Source: Terrimicrobiaceae bacterium
Lineage (GTDB): Bacteria > Verrucomicrobiota > Verrucomicrobiia > Chthoniobacterales > Terrimicrobiaceae
Direction of reading: 5' to 3'
Assembly: GCA_041752695.1 (NCBI GenBank)
Contig: JBGSVZ010000032.1
Span: forward strand, 1 to 33,795
Length of the DNA: 33,795 nucleotides
Shown here one piece after another: positions 18,801-26,149 of this stretch. Numbering within the stretch: position 1 is the first letter of the stretch; each line of letters begins with the position of its first letter. The position numbers and the translations under genes were made by a program. The notes under the pieces are model-generated. The model was not told where the DNA came from. It made no database searches and saw only the letters and a program-made list of their open reading frames with translations.

Positions 18801-19483
18801 CCGGGGCCCTCATCAAATACGAGGACATGAACCGCGACATGGACATTGTGTACACCGTGCGGCAGTGGGCGGAACGTCATCCCGGTAGCGCGATGGAGCC
18901 CCGCAGCGACCTGCAGGTGCCCCTCATTTGTGAACTCATGCCCATGCGCTGGTCCTACGAGGCGCTGGTCTTTGCCCAGGCAAAACTGAACCCGCTGACC
19001 AGCCGGCAGGAACAGATCCAGAAACAGATCAATAAACTCGCCGATCTGGAAAACCCCACCGAGGCCGAGGACGAGCGCATGGAGGATCTCAAGGACCTGC
19101 TCGCCGTTCTTTCCGGCCTGCGCGACAACGATGCCCGCTCGGTCGACAGGCGGTTTAAGGATATCGACGCCGTCATTTCCGGAGGCCCCTTCGATCGGAA
19201 AAAATTCCGCAGTCAGGGCGGCGATATCACCGCCGAGCAGCTCTACACCAATACCAAGATCACCGACCTGGTTTCCAAGGCCGAGATGGAGCAGACCGAC
19301 TACCGCAACGACCGCATCCGCCGCCACCACCTCAACGTGTTTTTTGGCCCCGTCAAAGAATACCTCGGCCTGCGTTTCAGTGTGCTCTGGTTCAACTTCG
19401 GCGTCCTCATCCTCACCACTCTGGCGCTGTTTTTTGTCCTCTACCTCATCCTGGTCCACCAAGTCCGCAGCCGGCGCGCTTGA
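15827..19483 (+). CDS. Fused ABCG-type exporter: TerB-like N-domain, FHA-like repeats, ABC ATPase, ABC-2 membrane domain
   Basis: Walker A GASGCGKST, signature LSGGERKRLNIG, Walker B YLFDEPTSG, SIHQP and a C-terminal multi-TM region with RER. N-terminal FARVDGELLEEEI. Start uncertain (GTG 15827 or a later ATG). Confidence 0.88.
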   Translation: MSRTLNSPRTGSRLREMEVAAPEPPGRTQKRLEGIFLWASRARTAGRHAVRRLLRKPRTVAESPNLLPTLIKVFAAFARVDGELLEEEIDSSLGFLRYDYPDAVYSELRKLFREALHEQQDLNAIAVKLEAELDEERRILLGVQLYDLIAKAGLKQEQVIAYYSFMSSLGMAAQAIDIVYQLNANEQGDSGIYHSGASPLEAVSFGPPETCDVALRGLHDQERILGYRYKELVILKNLSGRNLIVQGRVLKQGDLCRIFTGQRILIDDQVLTHQDLVFYFNAKKNVTLPQLFVAVNEDDEVRLEKNRARDTCLEVTFGLRVKVTATKDVDAVLKGVRMTQGRTVEATLEDKIIFHNDSELDLGDLRRRARQYGGRFQLKTSKSEYLVSNNPGLLEEDDILLSPGTGGDVLLKIYCDYDRKEGRVEVLQADRPILVRGTPVRNFASLADGDAIRIDAGQVLRCNFSERLIEEERNIIRSLEVRDLVCRFRNRQVAIDGTSFTLHRGEMVCVMGASGCGKSTLMRALAGQFPPSQGDVLFNGRSLYTNHDNLRRYVTYIPQHDAFDEHLTIEENLDFAAALRTPHLNRRERSRRIDGKLAELGLNERRNYVVGAADKKTLSGGERKRLNIGLDMISSADVYLFDEPTSGLSSKDSEHVIEIIRGMSHNKIVLVSIHQPTSKIFQMFNKAALLDRGGKLVFFGTPQEMLKYFAQAEHQQHFGTDLGACEACGTTRPEFIFDVLETPLRDLSGDIIFEENNRGQLVPARRYSPDYWRDKFEAYRLMKDVQSPTPPREIQPAMSSAAARRREPLRWREEWRQFRVLFKRAFFSKMRNNANLLLTLLAAPALALLIGFVLRHSEAEHYDFASAYHIPVYLFLALVVAMFLGLTNSVDDITRDKPVLQRERNLNVRLSYYIFAKALTLGAFAVIQCVLFTLVGNLLLEVRGVFWILFSAMFFTTMSGVAIGLVISSLVNEAKTAVLAIPVVLIPQIILAGALIKYEDMNRDMDIVYTVRQWAERHPGSAMEPRSDLQVPLICELMPMRWSYEALVFAQAKLNPLTSRQEQIQKQINKLADLENPTEAEDERMEDLKDLLAVLSGLRDNDARSVDRRFKDIDAVISGGPFDRKKFRSQGGDITAEQLYTNTKITDLVSKAEMEQTDYRNDRIRRHHLNVFFGPVKEYLGLRFSVLWFNFGVLILTTLALFFVLYLILVHQVRSRRA

Positions 19484-19495
19484 ACCAGGAATCCT

Positions 19496-19611
19496 TTACC
19501 GCAGATGAAACGGATGAAACGGATAGGGAAATGCGGCGCGTCGCTTTCCCGCGAATCGCTTGGTGAAGAATCCTTTCCCTATCCGATAAATCCGTGTTTA
19601 TCCGCGGTTAA
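19496..19611. repeat. Palindromic element built of 9-mer (xxACGGATx) units
   Basis: TTACCGCAGATGAAACGGATGAAACGGATAGGGAAA ... TTTCCCTATCCGATAAATCCGTGTTTATCCGCGGTTAA. Related units occur near 22561, 22748, 23737-23897 and 32603-32706. Confidence 0.75.
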
Positions 19612-19626
19612 AAACTCTCCTTTCTC

Positions 19627-20439
19627 ATGAAAATTCCTCTCGAAGACACTTTCGCCGACATTCTTTCCAAAGCCCGCCGCGGACTCGGTCTGGAGATCGA
19701 AGATGCCGCCGCCCGGGCCGGGCTTTCCACGGCGGTGGCCAATGGGCTGCTTGGCGGGAATTTCGACGAACCCGGCGCGCGTTCCCTCGCCGGCGTTCTT
19801 GGTCTCGCCCCCGAACGCGTGGCTGCCCTCGGCCTTGGCGAATATCACCCGGAGGAAATCCCGCTCCTCGAGGGCCTGCTGCAGTTCAACACACCGTTCG
19901 ACGACATGACCGTCAACTCCTACCTTGCGTGGGACCCCGCGACCAAAAAGGCCGTCGCCTTTGACACCGGGTCAGACTGCACCGCCATGCTCGACGCCAT
20001 CAAGGCCCACCACCTCATCGTCGACCGCATCCTCCTCACCCACTCCCACGGCGACCACATCCTGGAACTCGACCGACTGAAGGAAAAAACCGGCGTCGAG
20101 TCCTTCATCGGGGAAAAAGAACCCCTCGAAGGTGCGGAGAGTTTTGCCCCCGGCAAGGTCTTCCTGGTCGGCGGCCTTACCATCGAAACCCGCTCCACTT
20201 GGGGCCATTCGCCTGGCGGAATTACCTACGTGATTCGCGGCCTCTCCCGCACCGTGGCCATCGTGGGCGACGCCATCTTTGCCGGCTCGATGGGCGGAGG
20301 AAACATTTCCTATCAAGCGGCCATCGACACGAATCGCGAGAACATCCTCTCCCTCCCTGACGAAACCGTCCTCTGCCCCGGCCACGGCCCCCTCACCACC
20401 GTCGGCGAACAAAAGCGCGTCAACCCGTTCTTTCCCTAA
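19627..20439 (+). CDS. MBL-fold metallo-hydrolase (glyoxalase II-like) with an N-terminal HTH-like extension
   Basis: THSHGDH, GHSPG, GDAIF and PGHG motifs. N-terminal ILSKARRGLGLEIEDAAARAGLS. Confidence 0.88.
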   Translation: MKIPLEDTFADILSKARRGLGLEIEDAAARAGLSTAVANGLLGGNFDEPGARSLAGVLGLAPERVAALGLGEYHPEEIPLLEGLLQFNTPFDDMTVNSYLAWDPATKKAVAFDTGSDCTAMLDAIKAHHLIVDRILLTHSHGDHILELDRLKEKTGVESFIGEKEPLEGAESFAPGKVFLVGGLTIETRSTWGHSPGGITYVIRGLSRTVAIVGDAIFAGSMGGGNISYQAAIDTNRENILSLPDETVLCPGHGPLTTVGEQKRVNPFFP

Positions 20440-20445
20440 GGAGTT

Positions 20446-20534
20446 AGACACGAATTGCACGAATTGGCACGAATGGGGGCGGCGGATTTCCTCGGGATCT
20501 TCTTTGTTCGTGAAAATTCGTGAAATTCGTGTCT
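20446..20534. repeat. Palindromic element built of CACGAAT-type 9-mers
   Basis: AGACACGAATTGCACGAATTGGCACGAAT ... TTCGTGAAAATTCGTGAAATTCGTGTCT. Confidence 0.8.
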
Positions 20535-20586
20535 CATCGCCCCCTCCCCTCCCTCAAACTTCAAACATCTTAAATCACACATCCCA

Positions 20587-21471
20587 ATGTCCGTTTCTTT
20601 CGTTGGCGTCGGCCGCATGGGGGCCAACATGGCCCGTCATCTCAAGGATCAAGGGCACACCATTGGCGCCGTTTTTGACGTTCGCGCCGAGGCCGCCACC
20701 GAACTCGCCGCCGAGCTCGGCTGCGCCGCCGCATCGACCCTGGCCGAACTCACAGCCTCGGGTGAGGTCATCGTCACAGTTGTGACCGACGAAAAAGCCA
20801 TGCGCGGCATCTTCGGACTCGATGGAGCCTCCGACAACCTCCTCATCGAAGCCGCCGGGAAAACCTTCCTCAACTGTGCCACTGTCTCCCCGCAGGTTCA
20901 CCTCGATGTCGAGGCCGCCGCCCTCGCCGTCGGAGCCTCCTCGCTTGAAGCCTGCATGGCCTCCAGCATCACCCAGGCGCGTCAGGGAACGCTCTATCTC
21001 ATGATCGGCGGCGACGAGGCCGTTTTCCAAAAAACCGAACCCCTCCTGCGCGACCTCAGTTCCGCGCTGCGCTATGTCGGCAAGACTGGCGAAGCCGCCA
21101 AAGTGAAGGCCCTCGTCAACATGGTGATGAACATCAACACCGCCGGCCTGGCCGAAGGCCTCGGCCTCGGTTCCGCCCTCGGCCTGGACCTCACCCTGCT
21201 GCGCGAGGTCTTTTCCCAGACCGGTGCCAACTCCCGCGTGCTCGAGACCGATGGCGAGGATATGCAAAACCGCGACCACGCCTGCTTCTTCTCCGCCTCC
21301 CACGCCGCCAAGGATTCCGGCATCGCCCTGGAACTCGGCCGCGCCGCCGGCCTCACCCTCCCGCTCGCCGAAGCGACCAAGGCCCAATACGACCGCATGA
21401 CCGCCGACGGCCTCGGCGAACTCGACAAATCCGGCATCGCCGAACTGACCTTCCCCGGACGGGGAAAATGA
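20587..21471 (+). CDS. NAD(P)-dependent oxidoreductase, 3-hydroxyisobutyrate/6-phosphogluconate dehydrogenase family
   Basis: GVGRMGANMA Rossmann motif, GTLYLMIGG and catalytic KALVN. Confidence 0.88.
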   Translation: MSVSFVGVGRMGANMARHLKDQGHTIGAVFDVRAEAATELAAELGCAAASTLAELTASGEVIVTVVTDEKAMRGIFGLDGASDNLLIEAAGKTFLNCATVSPQVHLDVEAAALAVGASSLEACMASSITQARQGTLYLMIGGDEAVFQKTEPLLRDLSSALRYVGKTGEAAKVKALVNMVMNINTAGLAEGLGLGSALGLDLTLLREVFSQTGANSRVLETDGEDMQNRDHACFFSASHAAKDSGIALELGRAAGLTLPLAEATKAQYDRMTADGLGELDKSGIAELTFPGRGK

Positions 21472-21557
21472 GACACGAATGGCACGAATTTTCACGAATG
21501 GGAAAAAGGACCTGACTCGCTCTCCTCAATTTGTGGGAATTTGTGTAATTCGTGTCT
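21471..21557. repeat. Second CACGAAT-type palindromic element
   Basis: AGACACGAATGGCACGAATTTTCACGAA ... AATTCGTGTCT. Positions 21471-21498 are the exact reverse complement of 23644-23671. Confidence 0.8.
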
Positions 21558-21567
21558 AGCCTCCCAC

Positions 21568-22407
21568 ATGCTCCGCCACATCGCCGCCCTCTGGTCCCTC
21601 GTTAATTACCCCACCGCCAAGCGCCCCTGGTCGCCGGAACGTCAGATCCGCGCGGTGAAGGAGGCGGGATTCGACGGCTTTGCGACCGCCGCCACTCCCG
21701 AACTGCGGAAATTGGCGGACAAATATGAACTCGTCGTCATCGGCTACGTCTGTTCGGCGAAGATTGCGGATTTTCCCGCGCTCCTGCGGGCCCAGAAGGA
21801 AGGCGGCGCCCGCTTCATCAACGTGCAAATGGGCCGCCACGACACCCTCAACCCCGAGGCCCTCAAGATGGCCCTCGCCCTTTTTAAGGCCGCGGAAAAG
21901 CTCGGCGTCGAACCCGCCATCGAGACCCACCGCGACACCTGCACGGAAACTCCCGAGAAGACCTACGCGCTGGCCGACGCCTTCCAGAAAGCCACCGGCC
22001 GCGTGCTGCCGCTGACGTGGGATTTTTCCCACATTGCCGTCGTCAAGCACCTCCATCCCGGAAACTATTCCGAACGCCTCCTCACCCACCCTGCGCTCAT
22101 CCAGCGGTCCGAGCAGCTCCACTGCCGGCCCTTCAACGGCCATCACGCCCAGGTTCCCGTCACCGACGGCCAGGGCCGCCTCACTCCCGAAGTGAAGGAC
22201 TACCTCACATTTGTCGAAGACCTCTTCCGCCTCTGGCTGAAAGGGAAACAGGACGGACGCGAACTTTTCGTCGTCCCCGAGATGGGTCCGATCCCCGGTG
22301 GTTACAACATATCCACCTGCCCGAATTCCTGGGAAGACGCCGTGCGCCTCCGCGGGCTGCTGGACAAGGTCTGGAAGAAGGCTCTGAAGCCGGTCGAGGG
22401 TCGATAG
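21568..22407 (+). CDS. Sugar phosphate isomerase/epimerase family (xylose isomerase-like TIM barrel)
   Basis: VKEAGFDG, IETHR, WDFSH, LHCR and VPEMGP metal-site motifs. Confidence 0.8.
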   Translation: MLRHIAALWSLVNYPTAKRPWSPERQIRAVKEAGFDGFATAATPELRKLADKYELVVIGYVCSAKIADFPALLRAQKEGGARFINVQMGRHDTLNPEALKMALALFKAAEKLGVEPAIETHRDTCTETPEKTYALADAFQKATGRVLPLTWDFSHIAVVKHLHPGNYSERLLTHPALIQRSEQLHCRPFNGHHAQVPVTDGQGRLTPEVKDYLTFVEDLFRLWLKGKQDGRELFVVPEMGPIPGGYNISTCPNSWEDAVRLRGLLDKVWKKALKPVEGR

Positions 22408-22464
22408 GTCGAGAGTCGAGAGATCTCATTCCCCGTAGCGGTGCCCGTAAGGGCGTCGATGGCC

Positions 22465-22779
22465 CCTGGAGGGGTTTGCGCCGTCAAAACCCCTTTACCC
22501 TCCCGCCACCTGGAGGGGGCGTGGGCCCTCACGCCCCGAAACCCGGCAACCGGGGAAATTGACCGCGGATGACTCGGATGGCCACGGATAAGAGTTTAGG
22601 GTCGAAAGCCAGGTCGAGCGACAAACACCCCCGCAGGGGCGTGGGCCCGAATCGGATGCCTGGAGGGTTTTGCGCCGTCAAAACCCCTTTACCCTCCCCC
22701 CACCTGGAGGGGCGTGGGCCCTCACGCCCGGAAACCGGGGAAAATCAACCACGGATGACACGGATGGACACGGATAAGA
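22465..22779. repeat. Two copies of a ~120-130 bp composite direct repeat (22465-22593, 22659-22779)
   Basis: CCTGGAGGG.TTTGCGCCGTCAAAACCCCTTTACCCTCCC.CCACCTGGAGGGG.CGTGGGCCCTCACGCCC...CACGGATAAGA. Confidence 0.9.
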
Positions 22780-22880
22780 TTCTGGAAATTGCGGAGAGAT
22801 CCCCATCGTCACTTCACTCGTGGCTTGATCGGATTGTTCGATTGACTCTTCACTTCCCCCGGCGGAAGATAAAGAAATCA

Positions 22881-23108
22881 ATGGGGACGACACTCCAGAT
22901 GCGGAAAGCCCGGCAAAAGCCCGTGGCGGGAAAGCGAAGCGTCAAGAGCTACCGCTTGTCGCAAGGGCAGCTCATCGAGATCCCGACCAAGCCCGGCGCA
23001 TTGGCAAAGCTGGACAAAGAGTTTTCGGAGAGATTTTCCAAAACTGGTCAGGACCTGAAGTTCCATGCGATGAGAGATCGGCTCGTGAAGCAGTCGAAGC
23101 TCAAATAG
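22881..23108 (+). CDS. Small basic hypothetical protein (75 aa)
   Basis: ATG at 22881 after an A-rich stretch. The upstream part of ORF 22569..23108 is repeat DNA. Confidence 0.5.
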   Translation: MGTTLQMRKARQKPVAGKRSVKSYRLSQGQLIEIPTKPGALAKLDKEFSERFSKTGQDLKFHAMRDRLVKQSKLK

Positions 23109-23185
23109 CCGCTGCCGCCCTCGGTCAAAAGCCCCTCTATTTCGATCCTTGGGGGCCGGAGGCAAGCCGACGGCTCGCAAGAAAG

Positions 23186-23557
23186 TTGCGGGACGTTCTA
23201 CCAGGGGGCGCAGAGGCTCGCGCTGCGGATGGATTTCTCTTTGTGTATCGGCCCGAAGCGGTGAAACCGATTCTCGATGCGGATATGCCGTTCTATCGCC
23301 CGAACGGAGAAAATGATTTTGAGGCGATCCTTCGGGCCACCCGTGATGATGAAAATGGAGAGTTGCTCGGATATGGCGCGCGGCGATGGTCGCCGACTGG
23401 TGGGGCGCGAGTGACAATTCGCGACGCCGCGGGTAACGAGCAGGTCTTTTTTGTGTCCAACCCGGCCGAAGCACCTCACTGGGCTGCCGAACGGGCTGCG
23501 GATTTGGAAGCCTACACCGGTCACTCTCCAGAAATCGAAATCGTCTATCCGAGGTAA
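23186..23557 (+). CDS. Hypothetical protein (start uncertain; frame stays open back to 22829)
   Basis: Globular-looking sequence (GFLFVYRP, GELLGYG). The TTG start is weak and the protein-like sequence continues upstream. Confidence 0.55.
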   Translation: MRDVLPGGAEARAADGFLFVYRPEAVKPILDADMPFYRPNGENDFEAILRATRDDENGELLGYGARRWSPTGGARVTIRDAAGNEQVFFVSNPAEAPHWAAERAADLEAYTGHSPEIEIVYPR

Positions 23558-23674
23558 CTTCGTCGGGGGTCGAATACCTGCCCCGCGGCTGCGGGGCTGT
23601 CGATTGTTGGGTAAATTGATGGTGCCGAGGGACGATGACCCCTTTCGTGAAAATTCGTGCCATTCGTGTCTCCA

Positions 23675-23897
23675 CCTCCCCCCCACCTGGAGGGGCGTGG
23701 GCCCTCACGCCCGGAAACCCGGAAACCGGGGAAAATTAACCGCGGATCACTCGGATGGACACGGATAAGACACCGGAAACGAGAGAAGACAACTGGGACT
23801 CCTCTCACCCCCTCCACCGAAAATGGCACGGCCTGAACAGGAGCAAACGGAGGGAACGGAGAAATATCCGCGTCCATCGGCGTCATCCGCGGTTAAT
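23675..23897. repeat. Third, partial copy of the composite repeat (23675-23770) plus the closing 9-mer palindrome arm
   Basis: CCTCCCCCCACCTGGAGGGGCGTGGGCCCTCACGCCCGGAAAC...TTAACCGCGGATCACTCGGATGGACACGGATA pairs with TATCCGCGTCCATCGGCGTCATCCGCGGTTAA. Confidence 0.85.
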
Positions 23898-24156
23898 TCC
23901 CTGCCAAGCACCTCCCTCGGCGGGCCGGGCCCGGCGGATTCCCCCCGCCCCCGTCCCCCGAGAGATCCTTAATGTCCCTAACTTTTCGTCACTCCGCCAA
24001 AACTTGGCTCGATTTATGCGGGTATCCTGTAAATACAGTGTAAATTCACGAGCGACGATGAAACGGTGGTTTATTTTCAACAGCGAATGTGCCAATATTG
24101 TCACAACATCCTCTTTGAGAGGGGTTAGGGGCTGGGGCACGTTGCGGTTTAATGCC

Positions 24157-24825
24157 ATGAAAACGAAATCCGTCCACTCCTCTCGCCAGAGCGCCTTCAG
24201 CCTGATTGAGATGCTCGCAGTCATGGCGGTGATCGCGGTCATGATGTCACTTTTGGCGCCTGCCATTCAGGGTTTCTCCGATACTGCTGGCCGCCGCGGT
24301 GCGGTCTCCGTGGTCATGAACACTCTTGAACAGGCTCGAGTAGCCGCATTGGAGAGCGGTAGTGACGTTTTCGTCGTATTTTGTCGCCAGTCGACCCCGA
24401 ACGAGGACCGATTGTTGGTCCTCCGTGAAACCGAGGCTGGTACGGGGGATTATGAGCAGTTGACCAAGTGGATTAAACTGCCCAAGGGCGTCCTTCTCTT
24501 CGATCCGAGCAGTGGTCCGGCTTCGATTCTTGATGCCGGTGTCGGAAGTTTCGATCGAAACCGGAGTCCGGTGGATATCCCTGATGATAGCGCCCTCCCT
24601 GCAGGTAAAGGTCTTGTTGCCTTGAAATTTAACGGGAGTGGACAGGTTGCATCGCCCAGCACGGGCAAACTCTGGCTGCATATCTCCGAAGGCGTGCGCG
24701 ACTCTTCAGGCAGTGAAGCCCGTTTGGGGAACAAAGTTGCCAATTCTCTTCCCTTTGAGATTATCACCATGGCTAAATACACGGGACGGGCACAGCTTGA
24801 TGTGACTGAGCTCTCCGCTAACTAG
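24157..24825 (+). CDS. Prepilin-type protein, Verru_Chthon cassette protein D-like (FimT/FimU/GspH-like)
   Basis: SA|FSLIEMLAVMAVIAVM class III signal, LEQARVAA, F..SG and C-terminal YTGRA. Confidence 0.8.
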   Translation: MKTKSVHSSRQSAFSLIEMLAVMAVIAVMMSLLAPAIQGFSDTAGRRGAVSVVMNTLEQARVAALESGSDVFVVFCRQSTPNEDRLLVLRETEAGTGDYEQLTKWIKLPKGVLLFDPSSGPASILDAGVGSFDRNRSPVDIPDDSALPAGKGLVALKFNGSGQVASPSTGKLWLHISEGVRDSSGSEARLGNKVANSLPFEIITMAKYTGRAQLDVTELSAN

Positions 24826-24839
24826 GGCGCAATCCTGCC

Positions 24840-25364
24840 GTGCGTGTCGTCTCTGCATCCCGCTTGAAAGCTTGGGGAGGCTTCTCCCTCATTGAAGTAA
24901 CCTTGGCATTGGGTGTCATCGCCTTCGCTTTGGTTGCCATTATGGGCCTTTTCCCTGTCGCGATGAAAAGTGCGACCGAGAGTCAACGGGAAACCCGCGC
25001 AACTTTTATCGCGCAAAGCATTCTGGCGGATCTCGGTTCGGGTTCATCCACGACGAACACGTTCATCGCAATTGGGACAAACTTTCAGCTGCCAACGGGA
25101 CGGCTAAGCGTCAACTTGTCGACGAACGGCACGAACTTCATCATCTTCTCGGAAGAGGGAGTTCCGATGGGCTCAATTACCGACAATGAGTTTTTGGGGT
25201 CCATATCCACGGTGGGGACGGCCTACGGGGCAAAAGTCATGATCAACCCCTTGTCGGCCTATACAAATAGGAGCCGTGTGGAGGTCCAGGTTGAAGCTCC
25301 GCTGGGTGCCGTCAGCACGAACCGGACGAAATACAACTTTGTGACGGAGGTTCGCAACCGATGA
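24840..25364 (+). CDS. Prepilin-type protein, Verru_Chthon cassette protein B-like (PilV/GspI-like)
   Basis: GG|FSLIEVTLALGVIAFALVAIMGLFPVAM and FSEEG motif. GTG start. Confidence 0.82.
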   Translation: MRVVSASRLKAWGGFSLIEVTLALGVIAFALVAIMGLFPVAMKSATESQRETRATFIAQSILADLGSGSSTTNTFIAIGTNFQLPTGRLSVNLSTNGTNFIIFSEEGVPMGSITDNEFLGSISTVGTAYGAKVMINPLSAYTNRSRVEVQVEAPLGAVSTNRTKYNFVTEVRNR

Positions 25365-26137
25365 AGAGTGTGCATTGCTTAGGGTCCCTCAATCTTCGGA
25401 TTGGGAAGCCAGCTTTCACGCTACTGGAATTGCTGGTGGCCATGGCGGTTCTGTCCCTGCTCGTTGTCGTGTTGATGGGCATGGTTGACAGCGCAACGAA
25501 GCTCTGGCGAGCCAATGAAAACCGGGTCGAAAGTTATCGGGAGGCCAGGGCGGCATTGAATCTGATTGCAGGCGACTTGAAGGTCGCGCTCTCAAGTAAA
25601 AATACGAACTACTTTTCCACGAATATTGCCTCGGAATTCGGGGCGTCCACGACAGATGGAGCCATCTTCTTTCTGGCCGCACTGCCGCAAAGTTCCCAAG
25701 ATCAAGGCAGCAGTTTGGGCGATGTATGCCAGGTTGGTTATTATCTCAAATATGGAAAAAGCGGGTTGGGATCAGCACAGCAGAATACGTATGGGCTTTA
25801 TCGCTTCTTCCGCGAGAGCAACGCGACTTTTACCAATCTCCTCAATAATTCAGGGCTTTTTCTGAATTCGACAACAAACGTAGAACTGCTCGCGAGAAAC
25901 ATCCCTTCATTCACCCTCAACTATTTTAGCGTGGACACAAATGGCATCATCACGCCGTGGTTACAAACGACCAACAGCCCCGTTCCGAGCTTTGTGGAGG
26001 TTCAAATTACCGCGTACAATAATGATGCCGCCAAGAAACTGCTTGATCCAATCGCTTGGAAAGACACGAACAGCACTACCTTCCGTCAAAACACGAGAGT
26101 CTTTACTGCCCGGGTGCCCATCCGGCAGCCGCAATAA
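25361..26137 (+). CDS. Prepilin-type protein, Verru_Chthon cassette protein C-like (PilW/GspJ-like)
   Basis: PA|FTLLELLVAMAVLSLL, YREARAAL, VCQVGYY, LYRF and LLARNI. ATGA overlap with the upstream gene. Confidence 0.82.
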   Translation: MKSVHCLGSLNLRIGKPAFTLLELLVAMAVLSLLVVVLMGMVDSATKLWRANENRVESYREARAALNLIAGDLKVALSSKNTNYFSTNIASEFGASTTDGAIFFLAALPQSSQDQGSSLGDVCQVGYYLKYGKSGLGSAQQNTYGLYRFFRESNATFTNLLNNSGLFLNSTTNVELLARNIPSFTLNYFSVDTNGIITPWLQTTNSPVPSFVEVQITAYNNDAAKKLLDPIAWKDTNSTTFRQNTRVFTARVPIRQPQ

Positions 26138-26149
26138 TTATCCAGGCTT

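Noticed and set aside
22465..23770. CRISPR or integron attC array
   Set aside because: Repeats are ~100-130 bp, irregularly spaced, show no evident RYYYAAC/GTTRRRY attC cores, and no integrase or cas gene is present.
24133..24150. Sigma-54 promoter upstream of the pilin cassette
   Set aside because: GGCACG and TTGC are adjacent, lacking the required -24/-12 spacing; TGGCACG at 23824 has no -12 element.
23755..24156. N-terminal extension of the 356-aa ORF
   Set aside because: Runs through repeat and promoter DNA; the prepilin signal places the start at ATG 24157.
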